Source of the DNA: Raillietiella orientalis
Taxonomy: Eukaryota
Reading direction: 5' to 3'
Assembly: GCA_036172245.1 (NCBI GenBank)
Contig: JAYWIR010000018.1
Span: 434,001-498,000 of the forward strand
DNA: 64,000 nt
Below are positions 10,204 through 23,899 of this stretch, in pieces (position 1 is the first letter of the stretch; the number at the start of each line of letters is the position of its first letter). The notes under the pieces are model-generated. The model saw only the letters and a program-made list of their open reading frames with translations, was not told the DNA's origin and made no database searches. A program made the translations under genes and the position numbers.

Positions 10204-12249
10204 AATTTTTCTTTACGCCAAACCTAAGCACCTAATGCAAAAACTAACTTGAGCATGAATGGAATTATTTGGAAACGGTTTTCAGTGGTCATCACAGAAC
10301 TGTTTCAATAATCATAAAGTACGTGTTTTGGAAGAAATTACGTGCATTTCTAAGCAAAGCAAATTTTTCGACCAGAAATGGTATGTGTTTCATCCGATTA
10401 CGGTTGCATTGAGAATTGATATTTCATAGGCGTGTTAAGAATACTGTAATGAATCGCGAAAGCACTGCCCGGTCGCGTAAACTTTGGTGTACGAGCAGTA
10501 ACTGGTTACCACGAATCTTTGGAGTAAGGATGAGTGCTCAATTAATTTCAGTTGTAATTATTAATAAGAAGTTACTATTCTTTGTTCGCAAATATTAATT
10601 CAAGGGAATTTAGAAAATGCATGTGAAGAACCTGCTTGAATATTGTTCATCCTTTTTTAATTCATCACATCATTCTTTAAAGAAAATTAGGAAAATCTCA
10701 CTGATAAAATACCTTGAGAAAGATAGTTTTAGTAACATATTAGATGTAATAGTCTGGCATCGAACTATGAATTAGTATTTGTATGTGAAGACAAACTTCC
10801 GGTTCCAGCAGAAAAAAACATTCTCATGTTTTTAAGTTCGCAGAAGTAAGCATCATCCACATGAAAAACACTGATGTTACAAATGATGATTTCAGTCTGT
10901 TTATTTTATTGTATTTTGGTCGTACTACACAGTTGTTAAAGTTGTGTTTACGTTGCCACTTAGCTCTCAACGCATTTCATGTAACACACTTGCTATTTCT
11001 GTTTGTTTACATCACATTAATCCATCCATTAGCTTGAATATCAGCGGAATTATTCATTACGTTCGCTAGAATAAAGACTTAAGGCTGAAATGTACCTTCC
11101 TCTCTGATGTGTATCTTTCCTTCTTTTTACTTTCCCTTTCTTGCTAAGATAACACTGTTAGTTAACACATATCTTAATCCTAGAAGGCTGAATTCTTTGC
11201 AAACATCTCGAGCATAGAACGGAATTTTTTGTTGTTTTTTACATATGCACTTGAAATGTGAAAAATGTGCGAAGTCAAAATCATTTTAGTAACAAAATGA
11301 AGCACCAAGTGACCATGTAACAAATCAAATCTGACTGGAAATAAAAGTTTTTTGTGGGTAATGAAAAACGTATAGCAGTCTTCTGATTTACTAATTACAG
11401 GAGAGTGCACTCGAATAGCAGTACAATTAAGCTTTAATATTATCTTTCTGATCTTGGGCTCAACTCAGAAGGATAATTGCAACAGTTCTTCCTTGGCTTT
11501 CTTTGCGGCGCACGGTGTTCTCCATGGTCAGGGCTTGCAGTAGAGGGCAGCGTAAAGCACGTAAGTGCGAGGTCAGGTCCTGCCCTTTCCATCTGCTCTC
11601 GGCGCTGAGGTTCTTGCAGCAGCAAAGCTAAGGAGGGAGTGAACCGCTAGGAGTGTTCCGAGCTCCCGAAGGAAGATTCTTCTTCCCCTCGAGTGCATGG
11701 AGCATGTTGATCGACACCGGAAACTGGAGTCCTTTCTTATGAAGTACGATTTAAACAGATTCATAAACCTTGGTCAAACAATTTGAATTTAGTGGTTTCA
11801 GATCTAAGTTAAATAAAGTCACGTTTTCAGTTCTAGGGATGGTTTCAAAACTTGTGATTACTGCAATGCAACTTCAGCTCCCTTTCGTCCACCTCCCAGT
11901 TCTCGTAAATTTTCCTTGCCTGATTAAAAACCAAGCAATATTGTGCGCTCCTTTCCTGTTCCTTTTGGGCCTTCCAGAACTGCTTCCAGGTTCCATGCCA
12001 CCCACGTGACCGGATTCCCAGCTCAACTGGCACGAATATCACCAGTGAGATCATTTAGCGCTGTTCTAAGACTGCACAACTCATTTGCTATCCCAAGAAA
12101 CTCAGTAGCAAGGTGGTGATAAGACCGACCGTGGTTGCATAAGCTCGGAAAAAGCGTGCTTTCCTGAAGACGCATCCTCGAAACACGCCTAGCAGTTTCG
12201 ATTAATCTAGTACACGCAGGTCCTACGAGATGGCGCGCAGCTCTTCGCG

Positions 12250-12700
12250 CGCAACCTCAGGGGTTGCTGGCGTTGCATCCATTTCATTCAGCGGGGTGTA
12301 TGTAGCAACGTTTCCTCGTCTGAAGGAGTACGCGTACATAAAGAGAGACCTGACCATGCTACGGAGCCGATCATCAGGCGCGCATGTAATGACATCTCCA
12401 GTTTACTGGAGCTATTGCCTTGCCCCTGCCTGCAGAGTATGCCGCTCCCCTTGTCCAGGACGGATGGGAAGCGAAGACAAAGGTGACCAAGGACTGCATG
12501 TCGACCCCACGTCCCATGTCCGGTCCTGAAAAGTGCACGAGACATTCGCGAGTCTCAGGTGGACCCAAGAATGTTCCTATGCTGGTAGGGCGAGCTTCGA
12601 CAGAACTCCATGAAGCCCCAGGACCAACTGCAATCTCTCCCTCTCCTTCCACTCCTGCCCACGGCTTCTCTTGCCCAGGAACGTCCGTTCGTCGGCGGAA
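12250..12700 (+). mobile_element. Decayed CR1/L2-like LINE RT C-terminal fragment
   Basis: SPVYWSYCL followed by PAEYAAPL across a frameshift resembles the Y...RP.LEYA.PVW motif. Confidence 0.3.
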
Positions 12701-13706
12701 ACATTAGGTGGACTGTCAGACGGTCGGGTCAGAAAAGTCATGATTGACATTGGCAGGTACGGAGAGTCATCAAGATGATCACCAGCGTTCAGGGCGCCTT
12801 TGCCGGAACGGAACCCGCGGAAAGTCTCGGCGGACGACCGGGCTTCTCTCAATGAATTGACGGACGGACCACTTCCACGTCCCATCTCCCGTATAGCTCT
12901 CAGAGGAGCTCTGTGAATGCATCATGCAGAGACGCATAGAGAGAGCTACAGGTAGCAGTGGGAACGGAGCGCGTCCTCGCTGCTCCTCCCTGCATGCAGA
13001 CCTTGCAGCGGAGGGAAGAAGAGGGGAGCCGTTTCTCGCAAGTGACTGAAGATGGGGGGAGCGGTGCGGCACCACCTTTCGCTTGCGGCTCCTCCCCAAG
13101 TGCGACGTCGCACTCCCGGGGGAAGAGAGCACATCAGGGAACGCGCGGGAACCAAGGATTCCTGCCCCTCTCTTTTCCAGCAGGCAGCCCCACGGCCCTC
13201 CCCTCTCGCCCCATGAGGGCTTCTCAGAGAAACGAAGGCGAGCCGAGCGCGCTCCTCGTTTCGCGCTGCAGTGGGGTGCGGGTCGCGTGGAAAGAGCGAG
13301 CGAGATCCACAGGGGCTGCGGCAGGCGCACACGTGGCCCTTAAGGCAACACGAGGGAAATCGTCTGCCGAGATTTGTCGCGAGGACAGAGGAGTAGGGTT
13401 ACAAGGAAAGATCTCACGAGAAGGTGTAGGTCAATGCCAGCTGGTGCTGCTGGCTCGCAAGTAGCTCTACGCTCGTTGCAGAGGAAGACGGGAAGACTCG
13501 GCGGTGCCCATGAAAATCCCGAAAGATCATACAAAATAAATGCAGTGCGCGTTGGACATGGTCACCTTTGCCGGAATGGAAATGCTAAAAATGTTGTTAT
13601 GGAATGTCGTTGATTCTATCGAGATGGGTGGTCGAAATAGAAAAAATAATGATAATAATTTTGGATAATGGAATAAAAGAAACCAAGTTGCTGACATGCA
13701 TTTTTT

Positions 13707-14192
13707 TTATAATCGAGTGAACAAATTCAGTAACATTAGAGGAGTAAAAAAATGATGATGGTGGATGCGGTAAACGATGACGATACGATATGAGATTTCG
13801 TTCCAACTTCTTCGCAAATTGCTTTTTCCCGAATTCTTCTCAGGAGGAGAACATGGCGAACAGGAAGGGGCACCTTCTGACCTCTCCATAGGGAAACGAG
13901 TGGTCAACAACACCGAATTTTCGAACGTTGTCCCTCTCATCTGAATTTTCTCCTGCGTGCTCCATGGGAGCGTTGCTGGTGGTGTCCAGATCATGAACAT
14001 GAGGTCATTCGTTTTGTCCTTCCGCCCACCCCATAGTCCCAGAGTCACTTGGTACAGTTTCCCCCTGGCTATGGAATGGAATCGCCTTGCAATGGGCATG
14101 CCATCTTCATCGGAAGAGTAGCCGATCGGTAAATTCAACTCAATTTCTTCAGCCGAAGAATGCAAACGCTTAAATTGCATCAAACACAGCAC
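13707..14192 (-). mobile_element. Possible CACTA/EnSpm-like transposase remnant
   Basis: The 161-aa ORF contains EIELNL...DGMPI...TLGLWGGRKDK...SCSPC, resembling the L.N.DG.P / GLW.G..KP / CxxC pattern. Confidence 0.35.
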
Positions 14193-14379
14193 TTTTACCT
14201 TCGTTCCCTTTTCGATTTCACGTAAAATATTTCCCCATCATCTCTCGTTTTCCCCCTCATCTTTGAGGCGTTTGAAAAAAGTCTCTTTTTTATCGAATGA
14301 CAGAAAACTTAAGATGCTGACTGTATCCAGGGTTGCTTGCGTCAAAAGTTTCTTTTATCAAAGGTACCATATCGAGCGT

Positions 14380-15030
14380 GCACTGTAGATATGCTTATTA
14401 TATAGAGAGATTACGATATATACGGATTTATTTTAACGTACATAGTTGCTCATATTTATGAAGCTACCCTTTATAAATAGTAACATTATTTTAACATGCA
14501 TGTTCATTAAGATTTGTTGGCATGCCGATTAGTAATATAAGTAATGATCTGTTTATTATATACTGATATACAGGTTAAGGATTATAAACAATAAATACAG
14601 GTGTTTATTTTATATATATATATAAGCATATATGTAACATATATATAGAAAAAGTATATGTACAGAAACCTATATGTATAGAAAAATATACGCATATAGG
14701 CGAACATAAATATAGAGAAATACATATATCTTGCCATGTAAATATCTATACACATGTATTTCTATATATACGTATCTATATACACATGTATATATTTATA
14801 TACATACTCACGTAAGTATATACATGCATGTATATTTATATACATATAAACGTGCATATTCATAAACATATATGTATATATATATATATATATGTGAGTA
14901 TTTATGTAAATATTTATATCTATGAGAAATATATACTAAACGAATGCATAAATATCGAATTTTTAAAGAAGGAATAACTGGTGAAGTTAAAAATGCAAAC
15001 AAGTTACAAAAAACAAAAAGTAAATGAACA
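14380..15030. repeat. AT-rich low-complexity tract of degenerate TA/TATAC repeats
   Basis: Direct reading; includes a pure (TA)n run near 14875-14893. Confidence 0.9.
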
Positions 15031-15723
15031 TATGGAGACGTGAAGGGAGAGTGGAAGATGGGGAAGAGCCTCCCTTCCTTATTTGTGCTATTGTAGCTGT
15101 GAACCTTGATAGCAGAACGGGGATAGATTATGGAGAATTCCACGATGGTAGTCCGTAAGAGTTGGTCGACTTCCACGACTACTTTCAGCTCTTCCCTCGC
15201 GATGCACGTCCGTCCACGACCGCCATCCCGGAAGCCGCGTCTCTCACTGGGAAAAAGGGGCCCTCTGAGCGGGCTAGAAAGTCGCATCGGCATATCTGGT
15301 GGAGGCTGTGGCTGTTTGTGGAGATCGCTCTTTGCTCGTTATTGCGTTGAGGGCTTTTCTGTTTTTCTTGAAGCATCACTCGGGGGTGCGCGCGTGCCGA
15401 ATGTCGACTACCTTACACCTAAATTCCCTGGTTTGTGTCTGTGAGCTCTCTTGTCACACAGAGGTTCCATCTTTTAAACCACCTTCAACTCGGAATGAAT
15501 ACCGGTTTGAAGCTGGACGTGTTGGAGGAGCTCAAGGATTTTACTATGGGCACGGGAGGAGCAAACTCCCAATTCTGTGTCAACAGAAAGCAGTCAATCC
15601 GTTCGTCTAGAAGGTGCGCAAAAGTCAACATTCGTGGCGGGACGAGGAGTACCACGGCCGACAGGCGCTTCCTCTGCGTCCCACCTCGGAAGTGCTTGCA
15701 ATACAGTGCAAGATATTTGTAAA

Positions 15724-17165
15724 ATGGTTCCCTCACACAAGGGCTGTAATGAATTAAGCGTACGAGGCTACTTGATGCTGAAGGAGAAAGGGGTAAGCGA
15801 TTCAGTTAGTGGTGCAGAGTGTTAATGGTGCTGAGAAAACACGAATTCTTTTCATTACCACGGTGGAGCAAGAACCGGCCTGTCAAGTGGACAGCATGTG
15901 CTGCTAAGATTAGTAGAACGCAACCACTCTGCAAATGCAAGTGTAGCGAGTGCCTCGAAGAGAACGGAAGAGCTGAAAACACGGGCGAAAAATCGAAGAA
16001 ATCTTCTCTGCCAAATTATTCAGGAGTGTACGACGCGCGTCCCTACGTACATAACACCGCGCTCGCCTCCAAAAAGCGCTCTTCTCCAAAAAGGGATCAA
16101 GAGTTCAGACAGCTCAGCGAGCTTCTGAACCAGACACTTGCTGACATAGGTGTGTTTCTGCAGTATTACGAAGCAGTTTAAATAGTGTATTGGTCAGGGA
16201 TTGTCCAAGAATACAGACTTCACCGTATCGAACATGGGAAGACTCGCTCGTGCCCCCCCCCCCCCCCCCCCTTTGGAAAATGGATGGCACTTTCAAAACT
16301 GACGCCTCAGTGTGTTATCAATGGTTCTACTATTTATGGTCCTGTTGGATCCGAGAAATTAAAACTTATCCGCGTGTGGATGCATTAACGACTGGAAAAA
16401 GTGAAGCACTTCACGAACGCTTATTCGAAGATTTGGTGGGCTCGGCGAAGAAAATGGACTTCAACTGAGTCTCCAAACCATAATCACGGATCTGGAATTC
16501 GATGGCTATCCGGGCCTCGAGAAGTAAACTCGAAGGTGCCACCAGCAGCAGAGTGTTTTTTTTTTTTTTTCTTCCCCCCCCTATTCGGACCAGTGCATCT
16601 GCCGGAACATCCAGACGAGTTGATTGGCTACGCGATACGACGAAGACGAAAACTCCAATCTAAAAACGCGTCATTTGTCTGCATTGGCACTTCTTCGAGA
16701 CCGTGAAATTCCAGGATCTTCCGATGAACCAAAGCCTCATTTGCCTGAAGAAGCCAGCCAAGTTACTGACTTGCGAGAATGATGATGTGCACGGGAGGGT
16801 GGAAAGACACTAATGCAATGGTATTGCCGTTCTATCACTGGTTCTGTTTTCGCTAAATTTGTGGGGGCCGTACACAAGTGCACGAGGAATGGGCTTCCGC
16901 GAACCCAGGATAATGTGGAAGCGTGACACAGGAGATGGGACAGTTTAATAGGGAACGCTCGTGTCGGAGTATACCGAATGACAGAAGAATTTCAAGAACA
17001 GCACCGCATAGAAAATGAATGTGAACGCATTCTCGGAAAAGAAAAATACCCTGAAAGAAAAAAGCTATTCATCGGGAAGAAAGACTCCAAAATGTAGTAA
17101 ATCACCGTCAGAGTCGGCCAGCTTTTATGGACTACCTATGTACCATTGCCCATAATCTATCCCGG
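15724..17165 (+). mobile_element. Decayed Mutator-like (MULE) transposase with a FLYWCH-like N-terminus
   Basis: Ordered motifs: SHKGCNELSVRGYLMLKEK, WKMDGTFKT, ALTTGKSEALHERLFEDL, ECFF, NGLPRTQDNVEA*HRRWDSLIG...EEFQEQ, and terminal MDYLCTIAHNL. Stops, frameshifts and poly-C/poly-T expansions. Confidence 0.8.
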
Positions 17166-19269
17166 TTTCATTTTTTAACAGCTACAGCAGTGTATATATC
17201 AGATCGGCTTGCTTTCCTTATATTTTCCCACTATTTTCGTCACAAGTTTTCATTCTTTAACATTCGATATTCATTTAATTCATTTAAAGTAATGTTACTA
17301 TTAATAATGTGAATGTGAATAAATTTGAAAAACTATACCATGTTAAAATAAATTTGTACATTAACCTATATACAATAAGCATGGATATTTATTTTTTATG
17401 GTCTTTTGGGATTTTGAACCAAACCCAGGACTCCGAACCCACCGGCTCCCATCTGGACTTCCTATCAAGACATCGTAAATTCAGAAGCTGCTGAGAAGCA
17501 GAAAGCCCCAGACACTGCGGTCGCCGGCGCCATTCAAAGCTGCTATTTCTCGGGGGTGCCATCACAATATGGCTACGGGGCTAGGAAGCCGTAGCATCAT
17601 GTGGCTCACAGGGATAGAAGTGCTCCATGTTTCAGGTGGTTGCGTGTACAGTGAGTGTATTTTGCAAAGTACACATCATAAGAATTCTGTACATTTTCTG
17701 AAGAAAGGAAGGCCTTATTGCGAAGAGCAAATAAGAGAGCATAGATAGATCACGTTAGAGAAACGTAAGTCACAAAGCATGGACCAAACTAGAATAAACA
17801 TAATATTAGGCAGAAACAAGTCAAAAAGCTGAAACTTGAGTAAATAAGATAAGATAAGTAGTACCAAGTGATTATTTCACCGAGAAGAATGGTTTTCTTC
17901 ATTAGAGAAAATTCATTTCGGGGCCTATCTGAAACTCTCATTTCTTTAACTTTTGCCAAAAATGAAAAGGCAAGGTAATAAATCGAATGCTATAAGATAG
18001 AAAACTATTCTATTCTTGAAGTAACATTTAAGTTGAAATTTTTCTATCGAGGTGTTTTTTTTTTGGTAAAATTGTGTTTGAAGCTACTTGCAAGAAACCT
18101 TTCTATATGACTTTTATTTTTGATTCAAGGTTCTTACTTTTAAGTGAAAAGAGTTTTTTTAATTTGCAATCATATTCAAATACGTTTTCTATTCAAATGA
18201 TTTCCTTCGTATCCTAAACGTATTTTATCTTATCCTAAAACAGTTTTCGAGTTTAACTTGCAGGGGAAGATGGAATCTTTGGCTTTGATCTTCCTCTCTC
18301 TTACGCAATTCTCGTATGCAAAGTATTGTTAGAACTATAGTGTAAGAAAGTTCATGCTAGTATGAAACACAGAATTTATGCGTGGCTTGCATACGTCATG
18401 TTTCTGCAACCCTTCAATTAATTTTTTCATTCTTCTAAATCCTTCATGCCACGCCGAACACTTAACTATTCATAGTTTTCATGAAACGTAAATTTGAATT
18501 CCATTAATTTTTCTCACACCAACATTAAGTTATCATATGAAACATTTTATCATATGAATATTTATAGAAAAGTATCATCTTTGATGTGTGTTGGACAGTG
18601 ATACTACTGGCTCTAATATTCCTGAGGATGGAATGTGGTTGAAAAAAGAAGCAGAAAGCCATAAAATTTCAAGATCGATACTGGATATGATGTTTTAATA
18701 GTTTTGTCTCTGTAAGGTTTTATAAATGATAGGGATCTAAGTTTCATATTTTGAATGAAAACAGTTTTTCGTCAAGTCAGAAGAGAATCAAAGTTTTGGT
18801 AAGATGTTTGAAATGCTTTGAGGTTTCTTCTATGAAGCATTGTAAAAGAATTCGAATTGATCTGCTTTTCAGCTGATGCACTTCGTTTCCAAAATTAATT
18901 TCCTAAATGTTCTTCGTTCACGTGGAAATGAATGTGTTGGCTTTACTTACTATGAAAGTTTAAAAGAAATTATTGAAACGACTGATTAAGGAGAACGTCT
19001 TAAAATTTATGCCGCACTGCTCACACATTGCAGCTTCTCTTAGCTTTGCAAGAAATATCAAGAATAAATCAAGAGGACTTTGAGAAAATCAATTTAAAAA
19101 ATCAAAACTTTTCTGGTTGTCTCCACGTGTGCGTCTGTTGTTATTTCCTTTTCGAGAAAAAAAAAAAACCTCAGCCAAATTTGTACAATGCAATTACTGT
19201 TTTTATTGCAATGAAATTTTCAGACAGGGAATTTTATAGTTCTTCCATTCGTCAGGGATGAATACTGAT

Positions 19270-19848
19270 CACATCCAGTTGCCAAATGCCTGTGGAAGCA
19301 TGGGATGCCTGTTTCCCTCCTCCACGAGCTGCAGCTTTGCGTTCCGTGGGAATGGAGAGATTTTTTTTTGAAGCGAAGCTTTAACGGAAGCCTTGCGAAA
19401 GTGTGAATGTAGGCGTTTCGAAGGCCGCCTAAATAGATGTGTTTTTTCAATCTCTTTCCATAATTGTGTATTTTAGGTAAATGCAAATGTTCGTGTTTTG
19501 TCGTGGGTTTTTCCCAATGTAGTGGACACTGAACCTAACGTATTTTAACAAAAACAGGCGCGCTTGATAAGTCTTTGAGATCACGAGAGTGATCCCTCCG
19601 TGCAAGCAATGCTTCAATAACCTGAAATCAAGATGGGTAGTACGAATTTCCTTTTTAAGCAGGTTTCAGCAAAACGGAATTTTCCCAGCATAGTACATGT
19701 AACCAAGCGTTTTCGATATGTGAAGCCTGATGAGGTTAATTTTAAGCAGATGTATGGCAAAGGAGTATACACGTGGGACCGTGCTGTAAGTAGTGTATTC
19801 CAATTCATAACTACATATAATGCAAAACCCTTAGACTTTGATGGTTGA
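19270..19848 (+). pseudogene. Divergent PARP-like (ADP-ribosyltransferase) catalytic-domain fragment; exon or pseudogene
   Basis: ORF 19633-19848 FLFKQVSAKRNFPSIVHVTKRFRYVKPDEVNFKQMYGKGVYTWDRAVSS aligns by eye to the PARP1 signature [58 protein letters not shown] near 19300 weakly recalls the regulatory-domain MPLGKLS..QI. Confidence 0.4.
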
Positions 19849-21439
19849 TACAATCTCTTTTAATGCGGTTCAATGGTTGATGTGAACTATTGATGTATAT
19901 GTTTATTTTCCTTTGTTCACAGAGGTCTGCAATAATCAGTTATCTGTGACACTAACTAAGTGGAGCACGTGTTTTTTATCAGATCCAAGATGATCATTTG
20001 CGTATTAATATGGCCTAAATGTAAGATAGAGCAGACGTAGATATCCACTGGCAAATAGCATGTACATGCTGAGTAATGTCTGGGGTCCTATGTACAATTT
20101 TTTTTGCTTTACCGTTTCACAGATAAAAAAACAGCACCATACGTCATGTGTAGCTTACCGTTGTTTGTGCCAACAGATTTGATGTGCGATAATGAGTTTA
20201 CAAGTATTGATTTACTTGTTATTCAAAAACTATATTTTGCCCTTGCCATTGGACTATTATGTGAGCAATGAGGAATTTTGTGACATGAAAGCTGAGTCCA
20301 CTAATACATTAAAAAAATGCAGTGTCTTCAAACAGTGCATTCAGAAAGCTTTTGAGTTCCTGGATTTTGGAAGTCGAACTCCAAAATCCTTGGTGATTTC
20401 ATTTAGCTAGAATAATACAAAAAATATCTCATGAAGCCAGTGAGCTGGTACCACATCTAGTGCAGTGCACTGTGTAATTATATATTGACACTTAATTTAA
20501 TAACTGGTTCAAAGGTGCAATCACTGGTTATTCTTCAGCCTTTCTCATTTAACCCAGTTTCAAGGAATTCCAAAGAAAGTATTATTATTGATAGTAGTAA
20601 TATTGCTATCTAAAATGATTAACAGTAATTATTTTTTGTTTTTTTGGTATGCTTTCTGTTGTAGCCACTATGTTGAAGAACATTTTTTAACAGAGCAAAA
20701 GGATAACTAAGCAAATACTATGGTATTTGCTGAGCCAATGTTAAGCCTGTAGCTCATACAGCTCACATTGCTGCTGGGAACTCAGATTGCAAATGCACTG
20801 GCAAGTGAGATCCCTAAATACACTTTATAGTAAAGATTGTTGAGGAAATAAATAAACTGTAATGATAGTCTGAATGATAGTTTAGGGGTTTAAAAAATAC
20901 TTGCAGATGTGCAGCATATGTGCTTAGCTGGTATAAAAACAGCATCAGGGTTTCTTATGCTTGTAAAAAAAGAAGAAAAAAAAAAGGTCATTTAAATGTG
21001 TCTGTTCTGGCATGTAGCGTTTGCTCAAAGTGAAGAGTTAAGATTTCCAATTTTAAGTAATATCTTAAATGATATCTTCAATGGTGTGATGTTAATAACG
21101 TCTTCGGTTTCCCTCCCCGGTGTTTCCCGAAGTTTCTTTTATCACCGAAGGGATGTAAGGGGCCGCACTGAATTTTCGGATTTCCAAAAAAGTGTCGGGT
21201 TTTCCGAATTTTTTCCCCTCAAAGTATAAGCTTTTGGAATGCCCAAGAATCGCTTCTTGATCAGCATCCGGAGCAACTGGCTGGAAATTCCGCCGAGTAT
21301 TGTGAATGTGTGGTAGCTGCGTTGAAGCCAATAAACTGCATGATTTCTTTAAACGCATCGGTGGGTAAACATCGTCTCCTTTCATTCTGCAGAGGAGGAG
21401 GAGGCCTTTCCTGTTTTTTTTTTTTTTTTTTTGTCCCCC

Positions 21440-21880
21440 TGCAGAGTCTGCACATTCGGAGGAGGGTGGCTCGAAAAACCAGTTCATGTTTGCCGACGTA
21501 TTCCGCATGTGGCAGTGCTCGCTGATGCTTGAGGTCCGGCGAGTGAGGTTTCACGGGAAAGACGGACGTCCGCTGCCTCGTGGAGGATTCGGCAAGCGGT
21601 CCGGAGGAAACCCAGCTTTTCATAAGATTGCTTCCGCAGTCCTTCCCGAGTAATCTCCGTCGCGTGGGGCTTGCCCGCGATCTCCAGGCTCTCCCCGCAG
21701 CAACATATTAAAAGGGAAACGTTCATTTGTAGGAAAATCGTTAATTGAAGTTCGTGCCTGCGATGTGTTTGCGGACTTCCGCAACACGGCTGAAGAAGCA
21801 GGAGAAGTCCTTGGTTTGCTCGTGATGCACGTGGAAAGTGGGGTGAAAAAGTACAGAAGTTCTGGCCAAATAACTTCGTG
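21440..21880 (-). mobile_element. Decayed IS630/Tc1-like transposase
   Basis: VFPVKPHSPDLKH...AEYVGKHELVF resembles LPPYSPDLNPIE..W..K.YV..N.F. Confidence 0.3.
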
Positions 21881-23102
21881 CATTCAGAATTGAACTAGCA
21901 CTCGCAAAATGAGTAGAGAAACACCGTGGCCTATAAATAGCATTCTGTAGTCCAGAAGTACACCAAGCCTCCGGAAGTTTTATCAGATGAGGATGCTTTT
22001 TACCAGATTTTTTTTTTTTTTACGTCCTTTTTTGTTTCATTTAATCATTTTCTTGATAGGCAATTTTGAGTACGTGATTGATGATGAAGGGTCAAATAGA
22101 AAATCGAAGCCTTCACGAACATTCCCCAAAATGTTTGTTCACACGCGTTTCAAAAATAAAAGCGAATTTTCTTATGATCTTTCGCTTACACCAGGATCAG
22201 CATTTCTGCGTCTTCGATTTGAGTTGTCAAATCCAAAGAAGTTTGTGGAGTCACAGTTGCAAACTGACCTCCATGACCTCATAACCGATGACCTGTGAGC
22301 AATATTTTTTTTGGGGGAAAAGAAAAAGACATTTCGAGATTGGAGGGCAGAATTTGTAATTCGAAATCATTGCGTTGAGGAGGAGCAGTTTTAGCGGGAC
22401 TGCTGCGGTGTTATGCCTGCAAGGAATAGCACACTTGTGTAATCCAGTCCTGAATATCGAAATTGATATCTGGAGTATGCAGCGGTAATTCTGTGTGCTT
22501 GCAAAGAAGGTCACAGCTATACGCAGAGTTGCCATAGGTTCTCGGGGCGGAAACAGTCACCGAAACTTTCGAATCAGATGGCTCTGTGTGAATGCCTGCT
22601 TGCTTTTTTTTTTTTTTTTTTTTCTTTTAAAAAAAAAAAAAATTGCGACCAACAAGCATGCAGTTTATATGGATGATGGGTGTTTTGGTTGGTTCGTGCT
22701 TCACGTCATGAACTGCTGTTTAGATGTGTCTGTTGTTGTGGCCATACGATTTCCCGAGTTACTTGCAGTGGAGATAATGGAAGACGATAAGTCTGCCAGC
22801 TCTTTGTCATCATTATGTGATGATGAAAAGATAGTGTATTCGATGGAAGAAGAGCCCACCCACAAGAGGGGTTGCGAGGCGATGGTAGGTGTTAGGAGAG
22901 TATGTGCCGAGACTCGGAGAACTCGGCAAAGTAGACTTCTGAGGAGCAGAACTCTTTGTTTTTGAAACAGTGAAATGATTTGTGGAAGTATGGTGAATGC
23001 CAAGGGAGAAGAGTTCAGATTAAGTTGGAGACTGCTCGCGGACTGAACCTGTATGGCTGATCAGTGTCCTTCCTGATAAAATACTGAACAACATCAGATC
23101 CT

Positions 23103-23520
23103 GTGTTTCCTAGAAGCCAATCGATAGTTGGTACTGCTTTCACATCTTTGTTGAAACCGTATTACGACAACTTCTCTCGGACCGGAACAGGTGAAGGTCC
23201 GTGCGCAGCGAGAAAATTAGATCGATCATCTCATCAGATCATCCAGAAAAGACAATTATCAAGTAGGCTGGGTAGGAAACTACTTGTTGTGTAAAATGTA
23301 TGCCTCAGGGAGCAATTTTGACCATTAGGATCCTTGAAAATTCAAGGATCGATAACGAGCTCAACGGAAATTACGAAGCTAAGAGATCTTGATTTTGGCA
23401 TGCATGGCAAAGCAAGATGCATTTGGGTAATCCTACTGTTTCGTGGAAGGGGTAAGGTGGACGGACATATTATGTGGGGTGACGGTAATCAATTAACGAG
23501 GACCTTGGCAAAGGTAAAAT
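23103..23520 (+). pseudogene. Possible decayed MAP kinase (JNK-like) fragment
   Basis: VGTAFTSLLKPYYDNFSRTGTGEG...KRQLSSR resembles the JNK N-lobe [24 protein letters not shown]...IKKLSR. Later LK...LDFGM resembles subdomains VIb-VII. Interrupted by stops. Confidence 0.25.
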
Positions 23521-23899
23521 AGCCTTTACATGCACGAGTCCCACCCTTTCCGAGCGATCGGATATCTCGTTCAGGATATCGAATTCGTAATAAATCAAAT
23601 GCTTGATGGAAATGGCACGCAGTTTTTCGGGAAGTGTCCCTGCTGCACCAGCCATTCCCGAATAGCAAGAGTGCCTTGTGCGGAAAGCGCGAAGTCGCTC
23701 TGTGGTGGAAGAAGGACTAGGGAACGGCTAGCGCGTCGACCGGAAGAGATGGTCTCGGATTCCCTGTGGACGATGGAAAGCTGATTTCCACAAATGGTCC
23801 CTGGCTCGTCCGATTCCTTACCAAACGTTTGTTCGCCACCCCGAAACGCGGACTTCGTTTGAAGGTGCTCCCGAAAGAAACTCAGTAAAAGTCGTCAGT

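Noticed and set aside
9140..10530. Possible plus-strand small exons nested antisense to the dsRBD gene (AG sites near 9310, 9513 and 10429)
   Set aside because: They could not be joined into a recognisable protein; such sites are common in AT-rich DNA.
11440..12054. Minus-strand peptides with a Walker-A-like LEGPKGTGKE and dsRBD-like bits (TLPSTASPDHG)
   Set aside because: Short, frame-broken and mutually inconsistent; no supporting motifs or clear splice sites.
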